64,000 bases of DNA from the human T2T-CHM13v2.0 reference genome, Homo sapiens (GCF_009914755.1 NC_060930.1); one strand, 5' to 3'; positions 1 through 17,897 are shown, counted from the first letter of the stretch. The notes: generated from the sequence alone by a model not told the origin. Translations and numbers: made by a program.

Positions 1-315
<315 letters not shown>

Positions 316-841
316 CTATATTCACATACAGTACTCGACTCCATTTCCCAGATTTGGCCAAAGCTGGATGAGCAGATGTAACATATCTCAATTCTGGACT
401 GAGGCAGTTAAAAGTCACTTTGCTTCGGTTTTCCTGCTTTAATGACAATGTAGGTTACATTCTGAGATGGTGGCTTGACAATATGGAAGGAAGGTGGATC
501 CCTAAGCCACTGGATGGAGAACCCTACTGACTCCCACTGAACTCTGAGCAAGAGAAACATTTCTGTTGTGTTAAGCCATTGATATTTGGGGATTTGTTAC
601 CACAAAACAGCCTAATAACATTGTGAAAATAGACAAAGACTGCCCAAATGGAAACAAACAAAGGCTATTTAATTAGATCTTACTATATAGGTAGGGAGTC
701 AGCCACTGTCAACTTGTGCTTGGCAAAGATTCAAAGGCAAGCAGGGGAGTGGGAAATCTTTATACTAAAAAAAGGGGGAAGACATCAGGTATGCTCTGAT
801 TGTAGGTTGTTGGCATGGGAAACTGGAGGTGGGCTAACTGA

Positions 842-1443
842 TGTAAACCAAAAATAAAATTCTAAGTCCTTCAACCATCTGAATGAACCCCTCCTCCCAG
901 CCAAGAGCATTTGAAAGTTAACCTGAAAAACTAGTTCCAGCCATGATGGGAAGCGGAGTTTGGCCATACCTCATTATTCCCTCCTCCCTGTTGGAATTCA
1001 GGCACAGCTGACCAGCACTAACATTAAAACAAATCTTAAGACTGACAAAACAGACTCTCTGTAGCAATAAGATACCCAATTCCAGCCTGACTCTAGCATA
1101 GTATCACATGACAGATGGCAGGCCCTGAAAGAAATCCAAGTATTTGACCCCAAATTATGTTTCTTTGCCATATCTTCAAACAGTCCTGCAAAGCTGTCTC
1201 TTGTGCGGAAAATCTACATTCTGAAGTTAATTCCCTTCCTTTCTCAGGCCTTTTGCCTGATCCAGGAGAGAATCAACCCTGATAAGAAACATTTACAATG
1301 TATTATCTCTGAAGCCTGCCACCTGGAGGCTTCCTTTACATAATGGGAACTTTGGTCTCCACAACCCCTTACCTTGGCTCAGACATTCCTTCCTATTGAT
1401 TCTATCTGCATAATGGGAACCCTGGTCTCCACAACCCCTTATC

Positions 1444-1474
<31 letters not shown>

Positions 1475-2098
1475 TGGAGTCTCACTCTGTTGCCCAGGTT
1501 GGAATGCAGTGGCTTGATCTTGGCTCACCACAATCTCCGCCTCCCGGTTTCAAGTGATTCTCCTGCCTCAGCCTCCTGAGTAGCTGGGATTACAGGCGTG
1601 CGCTACCATGCCTCGCTAATTTTTGTATTTTTAGTAGAGATGGGGTTTCACTATGTTGGCCAAGCTGGTCTTGAACTCCTGACCTCGTGATCCACCTGCC
1701 TCGGCCTCCCAAGGTGTTGGGATTACAGGCGTGAGCCACTGTGCCTGCCCACAACCCCTTATCTTAACCTAGATACTCCCTTCTATTGATTCTAGGTCTT
1801 TAGACAGTAACAACTCTTTCGACCAACTGCCAATCAGAAAATCTGTGAATCTACCTATGACCTGGAAGCCATCTGCTTCAAGGTGTCTTCCTTTCTGGAC
1901 CTAACCAATGTACATCTTACATATACTGATTGATGTCTTATGTCTCCCTAAAATGTATAAAACCAAGCTGTAGTCTGATCACCTTGGGCACATGTTCTCA
2001 GGAGCTCCTGAGGGCTGTGTCATGGGGCAATAGCCATTCATATTTGGCTTAGAATAGATCTCTTAAAATATTTTACAGAGTTTGACTCTTCGTCGACA
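842..2098 (+). mobile_element. MER4-family (ERV1) solo LTR containing an Alu
   Basis: Starts TGTAAACCAAAAATAAAATTCTAAG and ends TTTTACAGAGTTTGACTCTTCGTCGACA. Flanks ctga/ctgg look like a degenerate 4-bp TSD. Confidence 0.75.
1446..1750 (-). mobile_element. AluS with 15-bp TSD inside the MER4 LTR
   Basis: Full-length Alu with poly-T. TSD acaaccccttatctt at 1431-1445 and 1751-1765. Confidence 0.92.
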
Positions 2099-3158
2099 CT
2101 GGAAGCGGGGTATCCTATGTGGTTGATTTGGGAAGCATATTTGGCTTTCTCTGAGTCGTCCCGAATTGGAAGAAGGCACAAAAATTAGGGAAGCTGGTAA
2201 TTACTGACCAAGTCCTGACTGGGCCTATTGCTACATAGGTCATGGGTCAGAGTTCTAGTTTTATATATGATCTGGCCATTGTCCATCTGTATATTCAGTG
2301 TTTCATTATCCTAATACAGAAAACTGGTACCTGGAAGTGAGGTGCTGCTACAATAAAAACCTATGCAGTCCTGCCTTAGTGATACTGCCTTAGTGGTCAG
2401 ATTAAGGGCTGAGAGGAAACAGATACCGGAGGCTGGAAAGATGGAGGATCATGTTTTATAGTGGCAAAATATCTGGTAACGCTGTTGCCTATAATAACTT
2501 TTCATACAACTACAAGGTCAGTGAACATACAAAGAGGCTACTGACCTTGTAGTGTTATAGGAGTTTGGTAAAGAGGATTTTGGAAGTGAGTATTGGCTGC
2601 TATTAGATATTTGGCAAGTATTATAAGTAAATGATGAGTTCAAGAAGGAAGTAGTAGATTTGAAAGCAAAAACAGAAGAGAATAGAAAAAGTTCAGAAAT
2701 TTAAAGCCTTGAAGGATTGGAAAAGCAGCTTGTACCTAGACCCCTAGAGGCAGGATTAAAAGACTGAGCACAGATGCCCACTGAAACCCCTTAGCTAACT
2801 AGTGCTTCTGTGGTTAAGACCATATTAAAGACGTAGCCTTCCCATCAAACCTAATAGCCTCAAACAACCAAATGAGAGGAGGAGGAACAGACGCTCTTAA
2901 ATCTTTGGATGAGTTTACCAATACATGTGAACTTCGACTGTGGTTACTGACACATAGAACTGAAGGAAACCAAACAGATCGGAAGAGGCTTACTAACTTT
3001 AAAGAAACTGTTTTGTTAAAAAAAAAAAAAATATCTTTTGGCCGGGCACGGTGCCTCACACCTGTAATTCCAGCACTTTGGGAGGCCGAGACAGGCGGAT
3101 CACGAGGTCAGGAGTTTGAGACCAGCCTGGCCAATAAGGTGAAACCTCATCTCTACTA

Positions 3159-3356
<198 letters not shown>

Positions 3357-3925
3357 TCAAGTTCATACTAAAAAAATCTTCTTGTCTATTCAAAATTTAA
3401 AACCCTTGGGTCCCCGACTTCTATGAGCAAGAAGCTAGTTGAAAAAGATTTGTACGTTCCAAAGGGAAGGTACAACACACACTTCACAGGTGGTCAAGGA
3501 TGATCATTAAAACAATGGATGGGAGAGTTCCTTCCAAATAAATCAGGGTCCAATCTCCCCTACCTCCAGGCCCGGTTGCTTACACAGAATCTGCCTAGGA
3601 GATTTCAGATTATAGATCAGCATTTGCTGCTTATCTCCCATTATTCTCTTTTTCTAGGAAGAGCGCTTACTGCGGCCCTTGTGTACTGCGGTGAGTGAGT
3701 AAGGGGAAAAGAAAAGGAAGGGAGATAGAGAGGAGACACAGTGAGTGACAGAGAGAGAGAGAGTGCGCACACACGCAGCACACAGGACACATTACTTCAC
3801 AGGTCCCTGGACCAAGAGGAACCATATCTGGACCTGATTAAGAGATTATTGGGCATGTGGATAATAGGACCCATGAATCTTGCCTCTGTCACTAATCAGG
3901 GCCCAATTTCTTAGCAAAAGAATAA

Positions 3926-4254
<329 letters not shown>

Positions 4255-4317
4255 TGAGCCACTGCGCCCAGCCATATTTTATCTTCTATTCTCTCTTTTC
4301 TTTTTGAATAGAGATGA

Positions 4318-4485
<168 letters not shown>

Positions 4486-5029
4486 TAGGGCCGGGTGCAG
4501 TGGCTCATGCCTGTAATTCCAAAACTTTTGGAGGCTGAGGTGGGCGGATCTCTTGAGCCCAGGTGTTTGAGACTAGCCTGGGAAACAAAGTGAGACCCTA
4601 ACTCTACAAAAAATAGAAAAAATCAGCCAATTATGTTGGTGTGCACCTGCAGTCCCAGCTACTGGAGAGACTGAGGTGGGTGGATCAATTGAGCCCAGGA
4701 GGTCGAGGCTGCAGTGAGCTGTGATTGTGCCACTACACTCCAGCCCGGGCATCAGAGCAAAACTCTGTCCCAGAAAAAATAAATAAATAAATAAATTGAG
4801 TATATCTTAAGATCAACCCTTGGGCCCCCAACTTCTATGAGCAATAAGCTAGCTGAGAAAGATGTGTACCTTCCAAAGAGAGAATACTCACCCAACACAC
4901 ACTTCACAGGTGGCCGAGTATGATAATGAAAACAATGGATGAGAGTTCCTTCCAAATAAATCAAGGTCCAATCTCCCCTCCAAAGCAGAGAAGTTCTAGA
5001 GTAGCAGTCATTGCACATGCCTAACTTAA

Positions 5030-5309
<280 letters not shown>

Positions 5310-5455
5310 TGATCCACCCGCCTTGGCCTCTCAAAGTGCTGCGATTACAGGTGTGAGCCACCATACCCGGACAATTGTAATATTTTCATTGGCAGCACCA
5401 TATATGATGCTCAAAATGTTTTTTCTTTTTTTCTGTTTTGTTTTTGTTTTTTTGA

Positions 5456-5695
<240 letters not shown>

Positions 5696-5779
5696 TGAAG
5701 TGCTGGGATTATATAGGCATGAACCACTGCGCACGGCCTCTTTTTTTCTTTTATCATTATTACTTTTTTTTTTTTGTGA

Positions 5780-6061
<282 letters not shown>

Positions 6062-6798
6062 TAAATACAGATGGAGATCTTGCTAGGTTGCCCAGGCTGG
6101 TCTCAAACTCCTGAATTCAAGTGTTCCTCCTGCCTCAGCCTCCCAAAATACTGGGATGATACCATGCCTGGTCCACAAAATGTTCTGAAAGATTCCATTG
6201 TGACATAGTATTGTGCACTCAAACTGTCATTCAATAGACAATGCAATTAAAGGCATAAGTAATTATTAAATTCAAGCAAGATCACAGAATTTTCAAAGGT
6301 AAGACAGACTCAAAAGTCTGCCAAAACTTTTGGAGTTATCTTCAGAAGAAGCTGTTTAATTTCCAGCAATAGGTAATTCAATTAAGAAGAAGAAAAAAAA
6401 ACTAAGTAAGCAAAAAGGAAAGGCAAGCAAAACCCCAGTATTCTTCAATATACCTTAAAATTATACACACAATCATAAAGACAATATAGGTTAAGATAAT
6501 TAACTAGCATTATGAAAAGCAGCCTGTTATCATGATGTTGCATTAACTAACCGAAGTAATTCAGAAGGATCCTAGATTCTGAATGTGAATAAGGCTGAGA
6601 CTCAAACTTTATTGTGACAGACGAAAATGGTATACAATTGAATGAATAAATGTATGCTATTATTAATAAAAGCTTTATGTTTACTTTCTTCCTGCTAAAA
6701 AATTGCTACTAAATAGATGGCTTATCTTAGATTTAGTGGTATTTCAGAATTGATAAAGTATGATAGTTCAACCTTATTCCTTTAAATACCGATATTGA

Positions 6799-7206
<408 letters not shown>

Positions 7207-9299
7207 TAATGTAAAATAATACTGCAAACTGGTAACTTCAATTATACTGGTAATATTCTTGTTCTGAGTTCAGGTGGTAAGTTCATGGATGTTCATTTTA
7301 TTATGCCTCATAGTTTAATAAAATGAACATATGTATAATATACATATAGCATATTCCTTGCACATAACGAAATTAGTTAATAAAAAAATTGCTGCAATAA
7401 AAATTCTTGTGCACACATTGCTGAGCATTTTTCTTAAAATAAATTCCCAGAAGTGGAATTGCTGGATCAAAGAGAATACATATTTAAAATTCTGATACTT
7501 ATTGTCAGAATGCCTTCTAGAAAGTTATACTAATTTTATAATCCCCACAACAAGGTATGGTTAATACTGGCATTACTAAATCTCAACAATCTTTGCTGCT
7601 ATGACATGTGAAAATTCAAATTATTACTAGGCAAAAAGAATTTTTAAAATAATTCTTCAAAGCAAAACTGCTTACCTTTTTAACCCACACTACGATGGGG
7701 CCAGATTCGTCTTAATAAACAATTCTGATCATGTCACCTACCTACCCCATAACTTTCAATGACTTTAATCTCATGGTTAAAGTAAGAGCTCTGGAATCAA
7801 ACTGCCTGGGTATGACAGATCGCCATTTTTTTTTTTTTAAAGTTCAGACCCTCATCAAAAATACAAACATCAACAAACAAGTATCATTGATTAGTTTGTC
7901 CAACTTAGGAAAAAAAAAATGATACCATTACATAAGATTTCAAAGTGTTAATTTGGGTTGAATTAAGTTTATCAGAAAGGTACCCTGGCTGGGTGCAGTA
8001 GTGCACCTGTAGTCCCAGCTACTTGAGAGGCTGTGGTGGGAGGACTGCTCGAGTCCAGGAGTTGGAATCCAGCGCAGGCAACATAGCGAGTTCCCATCTT
8101 TAAAGGAAACTGCATACTGACATTTTCTTCAGTTCACTTTCTAATAATTGTCAGATCAAAAGTGAAAGCAACGCTGTATCTTCATGCTGAAAAATGATTG
8201 CTGTTCCTACTTGGCGAAAATGTTATTCAATGACTAAATAACTTTTGTGATGTATAACAATCTCCCATTGATGTAAATAAAACATCTAAAATAACCAAAT
8301 AACCAGGGTTAGAACAGTTCCAACACTATTTATATAGAACAAGGACTTGCAATAAAAACAAAACAAAAATAAAAACGACCTACACAATGAAAGCCAGATA
8401 TTATACATTAAAAATGTAGTAGAAGTATTTTTTGGTGAGCAGCAAGGCATATTCCATCAATATTTAGGCATAGAATGTGCCATTCCAAGCATGGACCATG
8501 ATCTAGTTTCTTGCAGTAGCAGCCAATTGGACTAACACAATGCTACTTCTTTTACTGTTCAATCAAATTCCTCCACTGCCTTAGGGAATCAACTACCCCA
8601 TTTTACCGTCAGAGATAATAAGCTTTGTTTTCGTAGCACAGAACATTCACTCCAATTATAATGTCCTACCTTTTCTTCCTCATGGAGGAAATTTGATAAA
8701 AAATTAAGTTTATCAGAAACTTCTGATAAACTGATAAACTGATAAATTTATTAACCTTCAATAAATAATTCATAAAGTTCAAACAAGTTTCATGATCGCT
8801 AACATTCAAATCCATTTCCAAAACTGGAGTTATACAATATTACTTCTGTGCATGAGATTATACTTATTGTTCACTAGATTTATGAATAACTTCTGGAGGA
8901 TGATACATGTTTTAAAAGCCGTATTAACATATGAGTTGACAAACATTAAATTTTGTTCCCTTAGAAATTGACAGAGAAGTCAGAATGGGGATAAATCAAG
9001 TCATCTGAGGCATTCATTGAGCTACAAGCTATTTCAGGTTATAAAAAACACTGTTCCCTTAATTGTCGTTCCTTCATTTGCTGTATTTATATACACACTC
9101 CTACTCCATAAAGACCTCTCCATCTCTCCCACCTCTTCCAACTATGAACAGTAACCTAAAATCACACTGAACTAGACGTAAGAGACTCCCAGGATTTCTC
9201 TAAGGTATACCCAGGATCAAGGCCCTCTGGGATCCAAAGAACTGTAGCTCTTTTACTGCAATTTTCCTTCAGAACCACCTTTCCCGTTCCTTCCCTCCT

Positions 9300-10100
9300 G
9301 GACACCGCCGACTCGCGTGTTGGGGGTGGGGTGGGAGACACGCCGCCAGAAAGACAGGCTCTACCCAGCCAAACCTGCACCTCCGAGGCCGAAAAGCCTG
9401 GGGCTCTTCCTGCAGCACCGGGCGCGGCCAACCCTCGCTTCCCCAGGGCAGGGCTCAGCTCGGGTCAATGCAACCAGCCAAGTCAGGCCCGGAGCGGGCC
9501 GGCTCTGCCCGCCAGTCCAAACCTCTGGACCCTCGCCAGCGGGGATGGGCGTGGGCCCCGGCGGCCACCGCCCCGCCAACTCGAGCACTGGAGGAGCGCA
9601 CCCGCTACGCCAGCCCCGGACCTACCTGGAGGGGAGAGCAGAGCTCCTGGACAGCGGCCACGGGCCTGAGGGCGGACGCTGAGGCGGCCAGAGTCCGTCC
9701 CAGCAACCCCAAGTATCCCTGGTGGGGCAGAGCGGGGAGACGAACGGGGGGGCTGCCGCGGGCCAGCGCGGCCCGTCCCAGGGGTCGTAAGGACCTGGCT
9801 CTCCCCTTAACACCAGGCCACCGCCGCCGCCGCCGCCATTTTGCCTTCCACTCAGTGTCGCCGCCGCCGCACTCCGCTGCAGGTTTCCCGGATGTGGGCA
9901 TTTCCCGGCGTCGCTTGCGCGGGGGCCGAGGACCGGGGGCTTTTGCCCGCCCGGCTGCTGCGAGGGAGCGCGCAGCCTGCGGCCTCCGGGCTTCGTTGCG
10001 TGGCCCGCAGCTCTGATCGTTCGTGAGCGTCGCCCCACGTCGCTCCCGCCTGCCCCTGCCCATACGACTCGCCCGCGCCCGTGGGTTAAGGCTGTCTCCC
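9300..10100. promoter_or_regulatory. LATS1: CpG island / LATS1 promoter
   Basis: GC- and CpG-dense island with YY1 motif GCCGCCATTTTG (9832-9843) and ETS-like CCGGATGT. The gene assignment rests on the known gene order LATS1-NUP43-PCMT1; no LATS1 coding exon is in the window. Confidence 0.8.
9626..9880 (-). other. LATS1: LATS1 non-coding exon 1 (5' UTR); intron 1 runs to the left edge of the window
   Basis: Minus-strand donor CAG|GTAGG at 9626/9625 inside the island. The YY1 element is oriented as expected just downstream of a minus-strand TSS. TSS position is approximate. Confidence 0.7.
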
Positions 10101-10739
10101 GCCCAGCCTACTTGGTTGATTCAATCCTTTTCCCCACTGATCTATTTCTCTGGACCGAGTAGGGATGTGCATTTCACGGAGCTACGTTCTCAGAAGGGAA
10201 CAACTGAGTTGCTCTGGGAAACCTCCCTGTGGACCTCAGAATTCCAGATTTTTGGCGCTTTGAAATAAAATTTTATTCTTGCTTAGCGTTCTTTCCCCGA
10301 ACAAGCCGGTGAGCTTCCAGCATCTGTATTTTCTGAATCCGGCAGATAAGAAATGCTTGACCCAGGACCGATTGATTAGCAGCGGTTTAGAGATCTTATC
10401 TGTCAACCGCATCCGTAGAAGGAGATCGTTATTGCCATAATTGGAATACCGGTGACGGTGTGACAAGAGGTTTTACTTCTGGTTAAGCTGAATGTAAAGT
10501 GTGGGATGGGATCGTTGGGTTTGATGTATAAGGTACGGTCCACCCTTTGTGAAGATCGCCTTTGCCAGTTTTTCCTCTAGGAAATATACAGTTAGTGTTT
10601 TCAAGTACCTTCTTTCGTAATTTTTCTACTACAGAGTACAAAAAAATTAAAGACATCTTTTTCTGACGTTAAAGTAATAACTGGCTACTTACTGTATCTA
10701 GAAATCCAAATGTGAAAACCCGTTAAAAGATTATGTTCC

Positions 10740-11048
<309 letters not shown>

Positions 11049-12162
11049 TTATGTTCCAAGAACATTTGGTTGAAAGTCTATTTTCTACAAGCACAGAGTT
11101 TGTAGAAGGCAATGTGACCCAAGGTGGGTCACTAAAGAGCCCCAGGGCTTACTTTCTTCAACGTAAGGGTGCCCCATAAAGACCTTTTCAGCCCTAAAAT
11201 TATATGAATTATAGGAATCTAATATGTCCACAGGTCTGCTTGCCCTATCCAAAAGGATTATGCATCTGGAAGGGCAGACTGCCCCCAGAATCCTGTCACG
11301 TCTGTCATCAACCCATGGTACTTAAGCTCCTCAATGCTCTCTAAACCTAAAGGAAAGTATCTCCACAAACTCTAGTCTTTGGGGAAATTCCTAGATAATT
11401 CAGGGAGCTGAGTAAATTGCTCTGTGTAGGACTAGGAGGCTTACTCCTGTGAAGTAGGGCGAGAGATAAAAGAGCAGGGAAAGCAGAGGTGGAATGATCA
11501 GGAAGAGAACTGACGAGATGCAAAGCATTGGGGACTGTAGGTGCGGAGAGTGATGATGGTTGGGGAAATACTTACTGTGGGTGCTGGATGTGTGGGAATG
11601 GTGATACCTGCCATCACATTTGCAGGTTTTTATATTATTGTGATGGAAGATCTTGGTCCAGTTTCAGCCTACTCAATTCTTCAGTGCTTCATGGAAATGG
11701 GGCTTGTTTTTAGCAATAGATGTAGAATCCGATTTCATGCTTGTGTGACCTTAGAAAGGAATTAGGGGGCAGTGTACATGGAAGAAGTCTGGAGACCAGT
11801 GTGGCCCTGAGAACATAAACCCTTCCAGAAATTCATACGATCTTAGGGGAAGACACCAGACTATGTGCCACCCACTCTTAAGGAATGGGGAGTTGTGCTC
11901 CATCTTCTTGAAAGTGGAGAATCCAGCCAGACTCTGTCCCCAAAAAATAAATAAATAAAATAAATAAAGTGGAGAATTCAAATAAATTATTTGACATTCT
12001 GCAGATTTATCCCTTCTCCTTTATTTATTCAAACATTTATTGGCCGGGTGTGGTGGCTCACACCTATAATCCTAGCACTTTGGGAGACCGAGGCAGGCGG
12101 ATCACTTGAGGTCAGGAGTTCCAGACCAGTCTGGCCAACATGGTGAAACCTCGTCTCTACTA

Positions 12163-12321
<159 letters not shown>

Positions 12322-12468
12322 TTACAAAAAAAACAAAAAGCAAAAACATAAACAAAACAAAAACTCGTTATGTCAGTATGGCCTCATGGATATTTATTTT
12401 ATGCTTTGGGTATTTATTTTGTTGCTCAAGTTGTTTCAGTTTTGGCCACTGGAGCTCTTTCAGTTGGC

Positions 12469-12494
12469 GTGTGTGTGTGTGTGTGTGTGTGTGT
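12469..12494. repeat. (TG)n microsatellite
   Basis: Directly visible. Confidence 0.9.
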
Positions 12495-12642
12495 TTTAAA
12501 GAACTTTCTGCCCAGTTTGGTGGCTCACCCCTTTAATCCCAGCACTTTTTAATCCCAGTACTTCTGGAGGCTGAGGCAGGAGGATCACTTGGGCCCAAGA
12601 GTTCAAGACCAGCCTGGGTAACATAGCAAGACCTCATCTCTA

Positions 12643-12792
<150 letters not shown>

Positions 12793-12793
12793 C

Positions 12794-12826
<33 letters not shown>

Positions 12827-13722
12827 TTCTTCTTTTCTGGCAGTACAATATGTTCCAAAATCTTTTTTTTTTTTTTTTTTTTTTTTTTAGATGGGGTCTC
12901 ACTGTGTCACCCTGGTTGAAGTGCAGTGACATGATTATGGCTCACTGCAGCCTCAACCCCCAGGACTCAGGTGATGCCTCAGCATCCAAGTAACTTGGGA
13001 TTACAGGCGCAGGCCACCATGTCCAACTTTTTTTTTTTTTGAGACCAAGTTTCTCTTGTTGCCCAGGCTGGAGTACAGTGGCGCCATCTCTGCTCACCGC
13101 AACCTCCGCCTGCTGGGTTCAAGCAATTCTTCTGCCTCAGCCTCCCTGAGAAGCTGGGATTACAGGCATGCGCCACCATGCCTGGCTAATTTTGTATTTT
13201 TAGTAGAGAAGGGGTTTCTCCATGTTGGTCAAGCTGGTCTTGAACTCCCGACCTCAGATGATCTGCCCATCTCGGCCTCCCAAAGTGCTGGCATTACAGG
13301 CGTGAGCCACCGCGCCTGGCACGCCTAATTTTTGTATTTTTTGTCGAGACCAGGTCTCCCTATGTCACCCAGGCTGGCCTTGAACTCCTGAGCTCAAGCG
13401 ATCCGCCCGCCTTGGCCTCCCAAAGTGCGGGATTACAAGCTTGAGCTGCCGCGCCCAGTTCTCCAAGATATCTTGTATATTTCTTGCCCCGGTTCAGGGA
13501 TCACCATTCCTCCAAGGATCCCTGGTTCCTTTTATTGGAATATGGTATAAGAAACCAAATCTGGGTGCTAGGTGTATGCCTTGCTACTGGTGTATCATGG
13601 ATTCTAAGACTTCTCTGGCTAAGATTTTTTAGTTTATTCTACCCCTATAGAGGGGTAAAAACTCTTCTGATTTTTTGCAGCTACAAATTTTTTAAAAAAT
13701 ACTTTAATTAAATTTAAATTAA

Positions 13723-13902
<180 letters not shown>

Positions 13903-13963
13903 TAGTAGAGATGGGGTTTCACCATGTTGGTCAGGCTGGTCTCGAACTTCCCACCCCAGGTGA

Positions 13964-14231
<268 letters not shown>

Positions 14232-15335
14232 TGAACACCTGATCTCAGGTGATCCACCCCCCTTGGCCTCCCAAAGTGCTGGGATTACAGGCGTGAGCCA
14301 CTGCACCTGGCCAGACCTTCTATTAGTCTGAGCTAGATACTATTGACACCATAAGCTTAACTAAAGGTTCAATATAAACTATATACTGTTGAATTTAATA
14401 TGCTTCTTGGACAAGAGTCTAGAGTGGATTATTAAAAGGATGTTTCCACAATACAATTAAATAAAAGTACTATTCACAAAGGACCAGGAATTTTTCAATT
14501 ATGCCAAATTTTTGATAGTATAACTACAGCACATTTTCTCACAATAACCTTGGAAATAAGATAAATGGAATGAAATGTCAATAAATTAGGTTGTTTTATA
14601 AATATTTCAGTAACTGTAGCCAAATACCAGAGATTCATGTTTCATTGATAATTGAGAAGACTCCAGCAGTGGGCCTAAAAACTTCATTTCATTTAACATC
14701 TTTCTGGCTGGGCATGGTGGCTCTTGCCTGTAATCCTAGCACTTCGGGAGGCCAAGGCAAGTAGATTGCTTGAGCCCAGGAGTTCAAGACCAGCCTGGGC
14801 AATATAGTGAAACACCATCTCAATAAAAATTGCAAAAATTAGTCAGGCTTGGTGGTACATGCCTGCAGTCCCAGATACTTGGGAGACCGAGGTGGAAGGA
14901 TCACTTGGGCCCAGGATATCGAGGCTGTAGTGAGCTGGGGATCACACCACTGCACTCCAGCCTGGGTGACAGAGTGAAATCCTGTCTCAAACATCTTTCT
15001 TAATCAATGGGATGAAAGTGGAGAGAGCACGCTGGGCTAATTATGGAGAAAATAATAGCTTCTACAAAAGATTCAAAGAAAATAGTTAGTCCTTTCCTAT
15101 ATTGAAATGAAATTTTTCTTAGAACAAGAAAGGCCCATATTAAGGATTAAAAACCATTTGTATTAACTTCCGAATATAGGAAGTGTGGCTTAGGAGTATC
15201 ACATGTGAACACTTCAGAAAGCTGACACAGCATTACAAAGGAATATCATTCCTATTAACAGGATGGCAAGATTTCTGTCATAATCACCAAGGTAGACAAT
15301 ATATGAAAAAGTGTTTATCTTGGAAGTCACACTTA

Positions 15336-15700
<365 letters not shown>

Positions 15701-16108
15701 TTAACAGTGACTCATTGCTTACTATGGTTCAGATACTGTTAAACACTGTTACACGAAGACATGGGCGCTGTTCTTGATCTTGTGGCCCAGTAGGGGGAGA
15801 CAGGCTCCTTAACACACTGCTTTGCGCACAATTTAAGTTCTGCACAATGGGCTTTTGAAGCAGAGTGCAATTTAGTCCGGATTGCTGGAGGCCAATAAAA
15901 GCTGTCTGGAGAAAATGACACCTAGAAGGAGTCTTGAAGGATAAGAAGGATTTAGCCAAAAATGGAAAGAAAGAGAAGGAAACCTTCACTGGAGAGACTA
16001 TAATAATCAATTTTGAATATTTGAATATGTGATGAGAGGAATTTTGTGTGTGTGGCTCCCGAGATAAGACAGATAGAAGCAAATTTCAGTTCAGTATATG
16101 AAAATTCA

Positions 16109-16114
16109 TTTATT
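16109..16114 (-). terminator. NUP43: Distal polyadenylation signal AATAAA of NUP43
   Basis: tttatt on the plus strand in non-repeat sequence beyond the last UTR Alu. Confidence 0.6.
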
Positions 16115-16322
16115 TAGTGAAACCCTACATTAAAGCGTCCCAACACAAAGCAGATTCGAACATAACAACTGGTGATTGGCTCATCTCACAGGCTCACATC
16201 ATCAGTGTGTTAACTAACATACAATAGGACTGTACCCTTTTACAGGATTGAGTGTTTTGGATCCCACTCACACACTAAAACCCTGCCATAAAGTTGTATC
16301 AATTAGGGCTGTTCAAATGTGA

Positions 16323-16709
<387 letters not shown>

Positions 16710-16959
16710 TAGAAGGGATGATGAAATTTAGGCTGGAGATGATCACCAAGGTACTTTCTATCTCTAAGATCCTGCAACCCTTGAAAGACACTCTATTTGA
16801 CAGTTTCATGAATAAAGGCAGTGACAATGAACAAATTCATAAATTACGGTGTTATATTACATAAAGCTTAGTTTCTTATTAAAATTGGCAAAACTTGTCA
16901 ATTGGCATGAAATGTAATGCTGTTAAAATATACTTTCTCTTATGGTTACAAATACTAAG

Positions 16960-17417
<458 letters not shown>

Positions 17418-17897
17418 CTATGATTATTGGAATTACAAAGTAAATGAACACTTCAATTGTCTAATAGCAGTGATTTGTCATTAAGGTCTCAGGTCAATAA
17501 TACATTTAAAATCTAACAAAGTTTGGAAAGATAGTATCATTAAATTATCTTAAAACACTACATTAGTTCATTATTATCCCTGCAGACAAGGATAAAGATG
17601 GTTGGTAACACTATAGGTGGCTAAAACAAAGTAAAAGGATCAAAATGGCAAAATTCTTTACTCTGATCATATCATTTGATTAATCACACTTTTATCTATC
17701 ACATTTTTAGTTTGGAAATAGTTTGCTTATCAATATAGAATTCTACTTTATTGCACAATGTCCAGTTTGGCAACTTTCAGCTATGCTGTGAAGCTAAACA
17801 AAAGCAAAGTTGGGTCTAACAAGCTGAAAGAGTTCTGCTCAAAAACCTATTCTGAAAAAGGAACTTGTCAAAACATTTTCACCTTAAAAAAATTTCA

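Larger units (their letters stand above)
622..2305 (-). mobile_element. LTR47-like solo LTR, split by a MER4-family LTR
   Basis: Minus strand begins TGAAACACTGAATATACAGATGGACAATGGCCAGATCATATATAAAACTAGAACTCTGACCC and ends ...TATTTTCACA (TG...CA termini). The sequence is continuous across the 842-2098 insertion. Confidence 0.55.

Noticed and set aside
7676-8380. Possible alternative LATS1 5' UTR exons (donor AAG|GTAAGC at 7676; U-rich acceptor near 8346)
   Set aside because: Could not pair strong donor and acceptor signals unambiguously.
9162-10063. Long overlapping ORFs (up to 182 aa) on both strands of the LATS1 island
   Set aside because: Low-complexity Arg/Pro/Gly/Ala products expected from stop-poor GC-rich DNA; no recognisable domain.
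10251-10264. E2F-like TTTGGCGC abutting CHR-like TTTGAA
   Set aside because: Lacks the canonical 4-nt CDE/CHR spacing and lies several hundred bp from the inferred TSS.
11114-11132. Everted nuclear-receptor half sites gtgaccc-N5-gggtcac
   Set aside because: Non-standard spacing; plausible by chance.
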